From Trichosphaerium sp. ATCC 40318 (lineage: Eukaryota; Protista; Tubulinea): a stretch of DNA of 64,000 nucleotides. The DNA lies in NCBI GenBank assembly GCA_038496445.1, contig JALMLS010000321.1, positions 124,001 through 188,000 on the forward strand. The letters are read 5' to 3'. Numbering within the stretch: the first letter of the stretch is position 1; every line of letters starts with the position of its first letter. Shown piece after piece: positions 37,567 to 51,100 of this stretch. The translations under genes were made by a program, and so were the position numbers. The notes under the pieces are model-generated. The model had not been told where the DNA came from. It did no database searches and saw only the letters and a list, made by a program, of their open reading frames with translations.

Positions 37567-40242
37567 ATGAACGTAATAGCGCTAGTAAGCGGTGGAAAGG
37601 ACAGCACATGCTCTATGGCGAAATGTGTAGCGCACGGCCATAAACTGGTCGCAATGGCGAATATATATCGCGCCAAGCCAGGTGAGAGTATGAAAACGCT
37701 TACTTTAATGCTTATTGCAAAATGTAGGCGAAGCTGACAGTTGGATGTACTAAAAGATTACAATAGGCTCCTTTTCTTACGGTTTAGGTACCAAACAGTT
37801 GCTGGTGAAGCGATTGAAGCGCTTTCCGCATGTATGGACCTACCATTATACAGGTGCGCTCTAGAGCGTGAAAACACCATTGACGTATCTTATATAGAAT
37901 GGAAAGGCCAACAACCGCTGTAGCAGCATGCAAGGAGCTTCAATACGACCTCAAAAAGTAAGACTTTTTTTTCTCAGCTGTACATCAACTTTAATCGCCG
38001 GTTATAGTGCTAGTGAGGCTGAAGAAGTGGAGCTTTTATTCCGTCTTTTGCAACGAATCAAAAAAGATATCCCTGAAGCAACAGCTGTCACTTCTGGAGC
38101 AATACTTTCAAACTACCAGAGGTTACGCGTGGAGCACGTGTAAGAGCACATGATATTTATTTTTATTCATGAATTGAAAAAAAATTTGAATTCGTTCTTG
38201 CCGCCTAACCAGGGCTGTTGAAAATACTTTTATTACTTTGCTATTTCTTGGTGTCTATAGTACTAAGATAGCTATAGTTGTAATCGCCTTGGATTGGTAT
38301 CTCTAGCACCTCTGTGGGAGAGAGAACAAGAGCCTTTGTTAAAAGAAATGATAGACATGAAGATAGATGCAGTTATTGTTAAGGTTGCTGCAATAGGTCT
38401 TGATAAGAATCACTTGGGTTATACTCTTCAGGAAATGATACCTACCCTCGATAAACTTGTACTTGAACCATAGTGTAATCCAACTTCTTTTTTTGTTAAC
38501 TTTTTTTGAAAGCACAAAAAGTTCGGTATAAACCATTGTGGTGAAGGTGGGGAGTATGAAACATTTACACTTGACTGTCCGTTATTCAAATATAAAATAG
38601 TAATGTACGTACCACTTGGTGACTTGCGAAAAAGCATTGACCAAATTGGCTCATATTTTTGTGTTAACTTTTTTTTGTTCAACAAGTGATGAGAAAACTA
38701 TTGTCCAGCATTCAGAAGATTCAGCGTATTTGACACTAGATAAATGGCATTTAGAAGCTAAAGATGAAGGATCAAAAGAAAATAATAATATCATTTACAT
38801 AGCAGCAACCGAACCATCAGGTATGGCACGTGTTCATCATGTCTTCTTATTTTTTTTAGAACCATCACCAACTCAAGTTTCACCTTCTTCTGTTGAAATA
38901 CCGGAATCCCTTAAACCTACACTGACACTTAAAGATTCGTTCTTTCAAGTATGGTGTGAATATAGCCTTCCAGATACTTCTGAGGCATCGAATGTTGCCT
39001 TGAGTGCGATTAAAGGTCAGTGTGAAACTCTTTACAACCGTTTTTCTTGATAATATCTTACTTTTGTTTGTGTAGAGTGTCTAGGCTCAAAAGGATTGTC
39101 ATTATCACAAGTCGTATTCACAAATGTATACATGTCAGATTTATCAAAATTCTCTCAGTTGAATGCTGTCTACAAGACTTTTTTTGGATTGAATCCACCT
39201 GGTAGAGCTTGTATTGAAACAAACTTTAAAACAAACAAAATTGTTTTTGAAATGATTGGTACAACGCTTAAAAATGATCGCAGTGGATTACACGTACAAT
39301 CAATAAGTGAATGGGCGCCAGCGTGTATAGGACCATACTCCCAGGTAACGTGACATAAATGTCAAGCAAGCTATTAATAGTTTTGTTTTCTTTTTTTTAT
39401 TTACTCTTCGCCGTTTAGGTTCAAAGGGTAGGTCCACTACTATTTATGGCAGGACAAATAGCACTTGAGCCTCATACTATGAAACTACAAAACCCAGAAT
39501 TAGACAAACAGTATTCGACATCATTAAAACACGTCAAATCAGTGCTTAAATCTCAGCGATCATCAGCAGATAATATTATTCAAGGCGTTGTATTCATCTC
39601 AGAATCTGCCAGCAAGGAATGGACGAGTATCAAAGACGACGTATCATCAAACGTGCGTATGAGCACAAATATATTAGCATGACTTGCCGTGTACTAACCG
39701 TGCCATAGAATTTTGAGTGCATCATTGTTCCTGAGCTTCCAAAAGCAGCCAAGTCCGAGATTTGTGTCATTGCAACAAAAGAGCAAGACCTTGATGTTCA
39801 GGAGTTTAAAGGTACACTAACAAAACATAACAGAAAGGTTTTGTAACAATAATTTTAATCACGTGATCTAGATGACCTTGAAGGAGGATGGCAATTGAAT
39901 ACAAGCCAAGTTATGTCTTCTGGATCTTCATTTTTTTCATGCAAATTGAAAGGACCTTCCTCTCCTCTCAACAGCATAACATTTGATTCCTTCTTACAAA
40001 AAGTCGAAACCAGAATTGGTGGTTGGGACAGACAAGTGACCACCAAATTCTTTGCAGATGCAACTAGGTTTGAAAACAAAGGTACGTCTTATCATTTGAC
40101 ATCTTGGTTTTTGACGTAACTGTTTTTAGTTGTGGATGTGCCTGGACGTTTGGTTATACCTGCAAGATTTGCTGACGATTCGATAGTAGTAACATTGCAT
40201 GCTTCTGTATTACAGAAAAAGGTTGAGGACGATGATTTCTAA
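37567..40242 (+). CDS. DPH6: Diphthine--ammonia ligase with C-terminal Rid/YjgF-like domains
   Basis: ALVSGGKDS, SGAILSNYQRLRVE, CGEGGEYETFTLDCPLF, NPPGRAC, LHVQSISEWAPACIGPYSQ, AGQI. Confidence 0.93.
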
Positions 40243-40723
40243 TAAAATTCAAAAACAATAAATCGAAGGTTCTTTCAATTTATCAAACCTATCAATCAAC
40301 TGGTAAAAAACCAGGCAAAACATAACAAAAAATGGATACTAGTTGACAGAATTGCTTTTAGTTGATAGATTTTAATTCACTGAGTATATGAGGGTACAAA
40401 AGCATATCAACCCAATCCTTCAACATTTTCACTGTTTAGTCTTAACAAATACACGTGATTTTCAGTGACTAGAAACAATTTACACAATCACAATCATTAA
40501 AAATAAAAGCCCTGGGAGCTCTTATCACGTGTGTACAAGATGAAAGTTCAAAACTGATATTAGAGCTGCACAGATAACCCAAGCGTATTCATTGGTCAGT
40601 TATTTTGGTTTCAATTACTATTTCAAAAAAATAGGCATAAAAGATTAGTATTTTTGCCCATCTCATGTCAATGTACAATGAGTATTCTTGTTTCTTGTTT
40701 ATTGAACTTTTTTCACATTATTT

Positions 40724-41413
40724 TCAAAAGTTCATGGTACGCTTGACTTGTCCTGTACTGTGCCAGAAATGATATGTACCAACAAGCTTGTCTTGTTTGT
40801 AAGTACCATCATCTCTTATTTGACCACTTTGATACCACCTCTTACAGGCACCTTCCTTCTTTCCATTCTTGTAAAAACAATGACATTCTAATTGACCATT
40901 CTCATGCCATGTCTTACATTCGCCTTGCCTGATTCCCATTCTATAAAAGCAATGTTCATTTAACTGCCCATTCTTATACCAAATAATACATTCACCATCT
41001 AGATTACCATTTTTATAGTAGTGTCTAGCCATTATAAGACCTGTAGTAGACCATAAAAAGTACTCACCATTAAGCCTTCCTTCTTTGTAAGTTCTCTTAC
41101 AATCTATCTTTCCATTTGGGAAAAATGACTTGCTTGTTCCTTCAAGTACACCTTCCTTGAACTCACGTTCTTCAATAAGTATTCCTTTATCATTCCAGTA
41201 TCTATAGACATCGTTTATTTTGTTGTTTTTAAATCGACACTGCCTTGCAACGGTTGTTCTGTCGTGCCATGACTTAAATAAACCGTGCTTATTTAAATCA
41301 CAATTAAATCTTGTTGTAGTTGCTGTTTGTTTACAAAGCAAAGGCCATTTTATAAACACTTCACAATCCTCGTTAAAAATAGCATACTGGAGCTCTAGAG
41401 GTAATGACAGCAT
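40724..41413 (-). CDS. Intronless MORN-variant (YwqK-like) repeat protein with an F-box-like N-terminus
   Basis: About 7 repeats of type YKNGNLDGECIIWYKNGQL; N-terminus MLSLPLELQYAIF; single 229-aa ORF. Confidence 0.85.
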   Translation of the reverse strand: MLSLPLELQYAIFNEDCEVFIKWPLLCKQTATTTRFNCDLNKHGLFKSWHDRTTVARQCRFKNNKINDVYRYWNDKGILIEEREFKEGVLEGTSKSFFPNGKIDCKRTYKEGRLNGEYFLWSTTGLIMARHYYKNGNLDGECIIWYKNGQLNEHCFYRMGIRQGECKTWHENGQLECHCFYKNGKKEGACKRWYQSGQIRDDGTYKQDKLVGTYHFWHSTGQVKRTMNF

Positions 41414-41690
41414 CTTTTATTATCACGTAGGGGATTCTAGAAATGCGTTGCGATACTGCTATTTTATTTGAAAACTGAAATGCTTACTTTGATTGACTCC
41501 TTCACTTTGCTAGCACTCAGTAGTATCTAACCGTGACAAAAAGCGTAAAGTTACAGATCTACATACAATTATACCTAACAAGATCAATATTTAGCGCGTT
41601 TGACATTAGACTTAAACAATCAATTCATTGAAAACTTGTTGGTTTTTTTGCTTGTGATTACTAGTAGTTTTTTGACGTGCTGAGCGGGAC

Positions 41691-44600
41691 ATGCAAGAAT
41701 TTAAAATCCCACTCCACTTTGAAGATCTATTTCGTAGTGGTCATGCCTATAGCGTCAATAAAGAAGCAGATGTTGAAGGTTTCCCAGAAACAAAGTTACA
41801 CAAACTGCTAGATGGTATAAGCTAACTAATTGAACGTTTTTAACGCGATAGCAGAGCTGGAAACAAATTTTAAACAGGCAGATGATGAACAGCCTACAGG
41901 GACCAGTATTATAGACCCAGAGACATTTGCACCAACATACTGCCTTACAATGTAACACAAATCGGTTATTGATCGATTATAACTAAACTGTCGCTAGGCG
42001 GTTTGATTCGCTCCCACCTGGCACCCAAACGCGATTTTTCAACATGTTAGAAGGTACACCAAAATGCGATGACATGTTTCTTACTAACGGTGTAGACGTT
42101 CTGAAATCGCTTACAAATGGCGCTTCTTCAGTAGTAGAACAACCACTTCGCTTAGATGCCGCTGATTATAGAGAAACTGTCACATTAGTTAGAAACGCTC
42201 TAAAAGCGACCGTATTTCTCCTTGCGCGTCTAATCTACAGGTACAATAAGAAAAAAAAAATGCGCGAAAAGTTTAAAACGAATTTTTTTGTAGATTTGAA
42301 GAAAGAAGCAAAACAATCAATGCATCAAGACCTGTACGCCATGAATAATTATAATCTAAACATTAAAATCATAAAGGGAGGTCAGAGAGGAAGAAAAAGA
42401 AAAAAAACAGTTACAAGCGACTCTGTATGGGATGTAGCATCTGAAAAAGAGCGTGTGATACGATTAATGGCGAATGTATTGCGTGTTAACAACTTACAAC
42501 GATTATGGAACTTGCCAAAACCCGAGGAAGAATTTCTTACAATGTTTAATAAGTCGGGTTCGTTCAAACACTTTTACAGCTTATTGTATCATGTCACGTT
42601 ATTTAATTTCGTTATTGACATATTGTATAGCATTCCAGCTTCTAGAAAACACTCTAATACAAAGAATAAAGCTGTCAGAACAGAAATTTTTGGAGTGCTT
42701 GGCACTTTAGCTTCAAAGGTATTAAAAAAAAAGAAAAAAAAAAAACAGAAACTTTTAAGAAAAAATGTCAACAACGCTTCACTGATACTTTACTTTTAGT
42801 ACAAGCACGGCATACATATAGTCACTGCTAGCATGCATCTATTGAATAAAGTACGTTACATAAAATCAAAGAACATACAGTCACTGTTCGTGGTTGTTTG
42901 TTTTTTTTTTGAATTAGATTGAAGTGTTTATTTCATTTAATAGTATGATCACGTTGCTGAACCTCTAGCTGAATTTATGGCTATACTTGTGGATCCTCCT
43001 TATGGCCAAACACAAATCATTGGAGATGTTATAAGAGAGATTAGCAAGCTGTCACCAAAGGAACTCGTGAGGAATACAACAGCAGCCAAATCAATAGCTA
43101 ATTTTCTAGTGACACTCTCACAACGTTCACCTCATCGTGTCCTCGCGTGTGTCAGGTAAAAAATCAATATACTCATTATAATAGTGTTATTAACTCCATA
43201 AATAGCTTATTACGACGTCACCTCGAAGCTGAATCATACGTTTTAAGAAATGGTACATACAAACTTGACATTCCTTACTTTTCTGATATTTTGTGTTTGT
43301 TAGGTGTTGTCACATCAATTGGTCACTTAATTATTAAAGCATTTAAATCAAAAGACAGCGAACAAGATGATCAGAATGATAAGGTAAGCCAGAAACGAAG
43401 CGCTAAAGCATGAAAGCACTTTTTGTTTTTTTGTTTGTTGTGTTTGACACTTCTTTTCTTCAATAGGCTGAAAGTACAACAACACGTGATTCACTACTCC
43501 AACTTCTTCTTCAACGGTTTAGAGACGTAAACGCATACACACGCAGCCGTGTTATTCAAACTTGGGACTTTCTAGCTCAACAAAAAGCGTTACCTCTTTT
43601 CCTATACCTCAAAGTTTCAGAACAAACAACAGGAAGACTTGAAGATCGTGCAGCTCAAGTCAGAAAGAATGCGATCCATCTCATAACAAACCTTATTCGA
43701 TACAACCCATACTCACCTCAAATGAACCTATCATCATTCGAGAACAAACTACAAAGCGCCCATCAGACCCTCAATCACCTCAATGCATCAGGTAGAGATG
43801 AAGCAGATATGGGACGTATTGAGGAACTTGATGATCAAAGAGAAAAGTTTGTGAAGCTTATAAAGTACTATGAAGACGCTATTGAGTTCATTCAACTTAT
43901 GCATAAGGGTATTAATGTTGCTGTTGAGTTACTTGGTTCAAAGAATATGAGTGATGTTCTTGAAACAATACAACTTTTGGTGACTGCTGATAACTTTCAT
44001 GTATCTGCTGCTAAGGTTGGTATTCGAAAGTTATTGGCTCTTGTTTGGAGTAAAGAGACAAATGTTGTTGAAGCTGTTGTCAACGCTTATAAGCATCTAT
44101 ATTTGACACCACCAAGTAACTATGAAATAAGAATGCGTCACTTGTTTGTTGCAAAAGGCATAGCTTCCCTCACAAATGGTACAGAAAATATTTTTTCTTG
44201 TTCTATTCTTCGTCTTTTCTTCTAAATTTTCTGCTCCAGGTGCTACTTTGGGTGAACTTACTTCACTTGAAGAGATGCTTAAGAAACTTGTATCAAATGG
44301 AGATGTTCCTAATCAAGTGATTAATACCTTATGGGAGCTATTTGGTAAGCACCATTCTCAACCAATTTCTTTTCTCCTCTTTATTTCTTCGTTGATCTAA
44401 TTCTTCCTTCTTAGCAAGTAAAACCAAGGGCAGCGAAGCCATAGAAGGTAGAGGAGCTCTTATTGCACTAGCTATGCTAGGTACGTAAAAAAAAGTACTA
44501 CGCTTTGTTAAATAGTGCTTTGGAAATACTTGTAAAATAATACAAAAAAAATAGGTGCAGCGAAGCCTGGTGTTGTTAGTGGTAAACTAAATGTACTTAT

Positions 44601-47320
44601 CCAACACGCTATGGGTCAACGTGCAAGAGAGGACCCTTATATCGCCAAATACTCATGTATAGCAGTGAGTCATATTGGTCATGACAAGGTACCCACTTTT
44701 GTCAAATAACTTTTTTCTTACAGTTTTTTTGCCTTTAGGTCCGATTGAGCACGTCAAACCCTCTGTTCAGTAAATTAAGTCTTATCATTGATGCGCCAAG
44801 TATGCCTCTTGATAATTGGTATCCTGGCGCTGAACAAGCTATAAATACTGTATATGCCATAGCAGATAAGCCAGGGGACGTTATAACGCAAGTTATAAAA
44901 GATATGACAGCAAGACTTTTTGATAGTAATGACAATGATGATGGTGATCAACTTGAAGATTCAACTCCATTAGAAGCAAAAGATTCAAAGGATGTCACTC
45001 TCACAAAGATATTCTTTGTCATTGGTAAAACAGTGCTTAAGCATTTAGTCCATATAGAAGCGCTAGAGGTCGAGCTACAGCATAAAAAGTCTAATGAAGG
45101 GTAAGTTTCAGTTTTGGTTTTGGTTTTTGTTGATTGACACTGAAATGACATAGAGATGGTGACTCTGATGAAGAAGCTATAGAACGTGAATTGGGTGTTG
45201 GTTCTACAACAAGAGAATTAGAAGCAGAACAGCGACAAATGACAGCAGAGAAGGAATTAATCAAAAAAAATATTGTAGGCAAATTCTTGCCTCTTCTCAT
45301 GTCAGTTGCGAAGGTACGTACTGCTCGTTTTGTCTTCCATTTCTAAAGGATATTTGTACTTATATTTATTTTAGGATCCTTCTGGTAAATGGCAAGGATC
45401 AGTAGTTCGTAGAACAGCTGTTTTAACACTAGCTACATCCATGATTGTCTCAAAAGACTTTTGCAAAGAGAACTTGGACCTTTTGTTCGACATTCTTGAA
45501 GTACGCAACCGCCTCTCCTTGTTTTTCTTCTTAACTAATGGGAATGAACTATTAGAATGACTCAAGTACAGCACTTCGTGCCAATATCCTTATTGCATTG
45601 GGAGATATGGCAGGTCGGTTTCCAAATGTTTTGGAGCCTTATACGCCAAAGATTTTTACTAGATTAACTGATAAAGAATCACGTGTTCGTACGTCTTTGT
45701 GATAGCAACAAACAACTAAGATTATTAAAACTTATTTTAGGAAAGAATGCTTTGATGGTAGTAACACATTTGGTCCTAAACGACATGATCAAGGCAAGCA
45801 TTTTTCAGCGTTTTTTTTCGCCTGCAAAGGGTGAATGTTTGGTTTTAGCTAACTTGTTTTAACAGTTGAAATCACAAATGACTGAGATTGCTATGTGTTT
45901 AAAAGACCCTGAAGAACGTATAGCAAACCTAGCTCGATTATTCTTTCACGAGTTATCATGCAAAGTACGCCACATGAAATTCGACAAAAATGTTGTCAAC
46001 GCGTTTTCTAATTTATACCAATATTGTCGTCTAACATTAATGTCACCCATAGGGTAATGCTGTATATAACGTACTTCCTGGAACAGTAACAGCACTATCC
46101 AATAACGAAGGAACAACAGTAGAACAATTTAAAGAGATTGTACAGTACCTGTTCGCATTCATCGAAAAAGAAGTACAAGTTGTTGGACTTGTAGAAAAAC
46201 TCTGTCACAGATTCTCCCAAACAGAAGGTACTGACCCTCTAACAAAGTGATTCAACATTTAATCACCTATTAACAGTTGTATAGATCCGGTACAATGGAG
46301 TAACATTGCATATTGTCTCACTTTAATGTCATATGGAGACAAAGCGATGAAAAAACTTTTGGACATGTTCAAGTATTATAAGAAAGCTCTAAGATATACA
46401 TCAGTACACTCTTCATTCCAAGGGATTGTATCAAAAGCGAAAAAGTTTGTAAAATCAAGTGTTAAGGCTGGTCTTGATGAACTTGATGGACAGATTACAA
46501 GAGTCATAGAACAACATAAACAGACGAATACTTTAGTTAAGGATGTTGCTACAACAAAGGCAGATGGAGGTACAAAGTCTGGAGGGAAGAAAACAGGAGG
46601 AAAGAGAAGAAAGAGTAAGGTTTCAAGGAGTCAAGAGTATGAAGATGTTGAGGAAGTTGGAGACGGTTGGATATCTGATCAATCTCAGAACGATGAGTCT
46701 TCTGATTCAGAGTCTTTTGGTAGAGAAGCAAAGAGAAGACGTAAAGCCAAAGGAAAACGTGGAAAGAAACCAACTAAAAAAAAGGACAACACAAAGGTAT
46801 GTCACGTGATTGGTTTTTTAAGGATTGATTCTTTTTATTTGGTTTGCTGCTGATTGCTAATTTCGTCTAGGATGAAGACATGATGGATTGTGATAGCAGT
46901 GAAGAGAGCGCTGAGGAAGACGGTCAAAGTGGAGACTCAGGCAGCTCAGATGCTGGTGGCGATGATGAAAGCGTTGAAGAAGACTCTTTTGATGATATTC
47001 CTTGTGGACAACGTGTCAAGAGGTACAGCGATGAGTCTGAAAGTGAAAGCGAGGAAGAAGAGGAAGAAGTTGTTGTAAAAAAGAGCAAAAAGAAGTCTTC
47101 ATCAAAAACCAAGAAGACGTCAAAAAACACAAAGAAAAAAGCAAGACGTGCTGTGGAGCTTGCTAGTAGCAGTGAGGATGAAGAAGAACAAGAAGATAGT
47201 GAAGAAAGCGAAGTACAAGCTAGAAAATCTAGACCGCAACCAAAGAAGGTACCTAAGAGAAGGCGACGAGTGGTGGATTCATCCAGTGATGAAGAAGATG
47301 ACAGCGATTTTGATATGTAG
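41691..47320 (+). CDS. NCAPD2: Condensin I subunit CAP-D2 (Cnd1/Ycs4)
   Basis: RFRDVNAYTRSRV, GRLEDRAAQVRKNAI, LLGSKNMSDVLETI, LRANILIALGD, NDMIK, CLKDPEERIANLARLFFHELS; acidic/basic tail. Confidence 0.93.
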
Positions 47321-47609
47321 TATTTGTACAGTGCGCTTGTAATATTTGTAGTATACTTGTTATTTGTCCATAATTTGGTTTGTTTCACTTCAATGCAGAT
47401 CATCACAATGTCTTTACAAGACAACTTAAACTTATTGGTTATTTCAGTACTTTACTAACGAGATTATTGTAGCTGAACGAGGATGCACTATTTAGTAAAA
47501 TAGTGAGAAAATATCAAACAGCTGTTACAGGTTACAGACCAATACAGTAAAGCGAATGAGATGTAACTAGTCGGCCCACTTCGTATCCAAATTATAATAA
47601 CTCACAACA

Positions 47610-47664
47610 CTCACCATAGCTCAGTTGGTAGAGCGGGAGACTGTAGATCTCTAGGTCACTGGTT
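47610..47664 (+). pseudogene. 3'-truncated tRNA-Tyr copy
   Basis: Identical to nt 1-55 of the intact tRNA; diverges after ACTGGTT and lacks the rest of the T arm and the 3' acceptor strand. Confidence 0.85.
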
Positions 47665-47851
47665 AAGCATCGCATTGTTTATAAAAATTCATTTAAAGTT
47701 TTTTTTTTTGACAAGCAATTATCTCGGCCAAAAACGCGCCTAAAGACAAACTTGTACTTTTTTCTAAACGGCAAAATACGCATGAACAGCGTGAGTATGC
47801 AAAATGAAGTGTAGAGATGCGCCATGGACAAAGAAAGCGCAAAAATGTTCG

Positions 47852-47924
47852 TCTCACCAACCGGATTTGAACCAGTGACCTAGAGATCTACAGTCTCCCG
47901 CTCTACCAACTGAGCTATGGTGAG
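47852..47924 (-). tRNA. tRNA-Tyr(GUA), intronless, 73 nt
   Basis: CTCACCA TA GCTC AGTTGGTA GAGC G GGAGA CTGTAGA TCTCT AGGTC ACTGG TTCAAAT CCGGT TGGTGAG A; C1-G72 and A73; TTTTT terminator a few nt downstream. Confidence 0.95.
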
Positions 47925-48124
47925 TGTTGTGAGTTATTATAATTTGGATGCGAAGTGGGCCCAGTAGTTACATCTTCTCAATTAACTTTAAAAAATGGCA
48001 AACACTTTATTGTTTACTACATTATTCATTTTAGTGCCAATTTTTTTATTTCTGCTTGGACGATATGTCGGTATTCTAATTTCCGCAGCTTGTTTACCTA
48101 ACAGAACTTAGAAATAATAAAGTG

Positions 48125-51100
48125 TTATTCAAATGCCTGGCGCAGTATGATGAGTCTGTGATCCAATGTCGTTACACCAAAACATGACAAAACCGAGTCC
48201 TCTAGTATTTGCCAGTCGGATATGTGTAGTTTCTCTAGCATGGCTGCATACTTCTCAGCGATATCTGCTGTAAAGCCACATGATGCAAAGAAGTGTTTCC
48301 AGCTTACTGGACCACTAAAATCATTGGACATATCATTCTCCTAGTATACAGTCAGAAGGCACAATGCCGTCAAAAAAGCAATAGGCTACGTGCTTTGCGT
48401 TCTGGTTCAACAGTAAATTTTTTTGTGTATATCACTTCATCGACATCTATAAACATGAGTTGTGATAATGCCAAATCTAATTTGAACCGTACTAATTATG
48501 TTCTTGGTTAAAATACGTAAGGAATAGTCGCCAGGCAGCAAATTGATTGTATGAATACCCTTAGAAAATTAGAAAAGTGCTTTAGAGTATACACATACGT
48601 GATGTCCAGTTATAGGCCATGTACCTACATTCCCTGTACCGTAGTGTTGTATATTAAAGGTATCAAAACCTTTCCGTAGTGTGCTTTCAGGGAGAAGCTC
48701 ATATTCTACTTTAGTAGTTGGACCTTCGTTAGTTTTTGAACCAAGTGATATTGTTACATTAGTAACATCCGCAGTGCCTTAAAAAAAAACAATCAATTTT
48801 TTGTGACTGAGAGATTATTCCTGAGCGTTTGGTTTGATGGCTAACGTACACAATCGACTTAATGCACTCTCAATGTATCCATACGTGAGTATCTTGCTAT
48901 ATTGCTGCCTTGGTTTTTGTAGATTCACGTTCGCAGTTGGTACACCAAAAAACATTTCAAAGCGTCCTGATAAGAAAAAAAAAAGATTAGATTTCACAAT
49001 ATGTTGGATTTGTATACCTTCTGTTGGAAGAACGCATCTAGCAATACCTTTAGTATTATGACAAAACACAGTATCTCCATTAGAGTCAGTAATAAAGAGA
49101 CTATAAGGAAGTCTTCGTGTTGCGCTAGTCTTGAATTCAAGTGCAAACGGCTTTAAAGGTGATACTGTTTCAGGCAAGTCAACAGTAATAAAATCTAGAG
49201 CACATTTAGGTTTTTTGATATTTGTTAAGAATCAATAACACAGTACCGTTTTTGTTGGTAAACTTTGGACGAAATGGTTTTGATTCAGCAACTACATCCC
49301 ATACAGCTGCGAATTCTTTTCGAGAACATAAAACTGCTCTCCAATCAAAGTTTGTGTTTACAGAGAGAAACTGAACATACTCTATTTTGTCTATTCCCAT
49401 TGCGCTTTCGTAGATACTATCATAGGATATAGCATGCAAATCAATAGAAAAGTTTCCTTTTGGGGAGGCGGTACACCTAACATAGTCTACACGTCTGGTT
49501 ATCAACAAAAAAAAAATGTGTTGTTGAAAAAAACCAAATATCAACCCAAGTTTTGCTCACGTGTGTGGAAAAATTGAGAGGTGGATACTTCTTCTGCAGG
49601 CATTGATGCAGGTACTATTACCAATTTATTAATCCAATCGGTTCTAAGTGCAGGTATCGTCCAGTATATGCGTACTACATCATCATCATCTAAGTGAGTG
49701 AACATTAGGCGGGGAGAACTGTCAAAACATTTACTTACCATCAGTCTTTGCAGTTACAAAGTATTCGAATAGGTAGGTATTAACAACAGGTTTCAGGGAT
49801 ACTTCAAGTGGTTGAAGAAGTGGTGCTAAAAACAAGAGTTAACAAACTGCTCTATCTCATGTAGAAACACTATATATTTAGTTGCGTACGTTGAGGTGGA
49901 AGGTCCCCAATCTTATTCATGATAACACGCTCTCCTGCTGCAAATTGTTGTACAGGTCCCAAAGATAGAGGGACAATTGGAATAGGAGCTGGAACACATC
50001 TACAAGATATTAGCCAGCACACTATTTGTTAATCTTTAAGACACATGCGTACCCGCCCCAGCCATAGACAACACCACTAGATGTAATGGCATAACTTCTC
50101 AGGAATGTAGATTGGACAGAAACTACAGGCTCTTGTATATCCACGGTAACATATGCATTGGGTTGGAACTGTTTCATGTCATAATTCTCAGTACAACAAA
50201 CCTTGAAAAAAAAAAAAGAGGTACTTGACGTACTTTACTATGTTCGGTTCCTCTACCAACACTATAGAATAAATTGTAAGCACAGTGTAGATATGTCTTT
50301 GGTGGTATGTACATACATTTTACTTAATGTTCCTAGTTGTCCGTATGTGTTGAGACCAGAAGCCAATACCCGCCCATCAGCAGTTAGGAATAAAATACAT
50401 TCGGCTCCAACGGATATATCAACAATTTGTGTATCTGCTAGTATACTGACTTGGTATGCTTTCTTGCAATTGACAAGAACTACCCAAGGAGGGTGATCGC
50501 CATGCTTGTCTAAGAAATGATCGGTTTTGTACAAGTGAGCTTTTCCAAAGACTCGGCCATCTGATGTTATGTAGAAACATAACCATGGTCCATAGCACAT
50601 GCGCTCAGCACCAATATAGGCCATATCCCTTCTCTCGTAATGAACTATAACTGTATGAGAAAGGAAGGGCTATGTTGATAAGTACATAAACAGCCTTTGA
50701 ATGCTATAATATCTTCTTTCTTTCCAGAGTCAAAAAAATCGTCTGGTAGCAATGTTGGGAACAAGTCAAACCCGACACCCCATTGGTAATTAGCACCCTT
50801 TCATAAAAAATTAATGAAGGGATAAGCAAGAATACTGTTGGCATACCGTAGAAGACACAGCAAATGACCTACAATAGGAGATGTTCATATATCTAAGCAA
50901 ACAAGTATCAGGTACAATTGTTATAATGCAGCTTTTGTACTTTATTCTTGTAGAAGCCAGCTTTTCAACAAGCCTTGGATGAGGACGGTCGGTCTATAAG
51001 TAGTATAAATAGAAGAAGAAAAGAATGATAGTATAGACACGTACACAATCACCATGCCCAAGTTGGCCATATTCATTTGTTCCCCAAGTGTATACCATCC

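Larger units (their letters stand above)
47559..47975. repeat. Inverted repeat with ~106-bp arms (47559-47664 and 47870-47975), each containing the tRNA-Tyr 5' portion plus upstream flank
   Basis: Arms are reverse complements with 3 mismatches, all in the flank; ~205-bp spacer. Confidence 0.92.

Noticed and set aside
46924-47424. Ser-rich minus-strand ORF
   Set aside because: Antisense shadow of the acidic NCAPD2 tail
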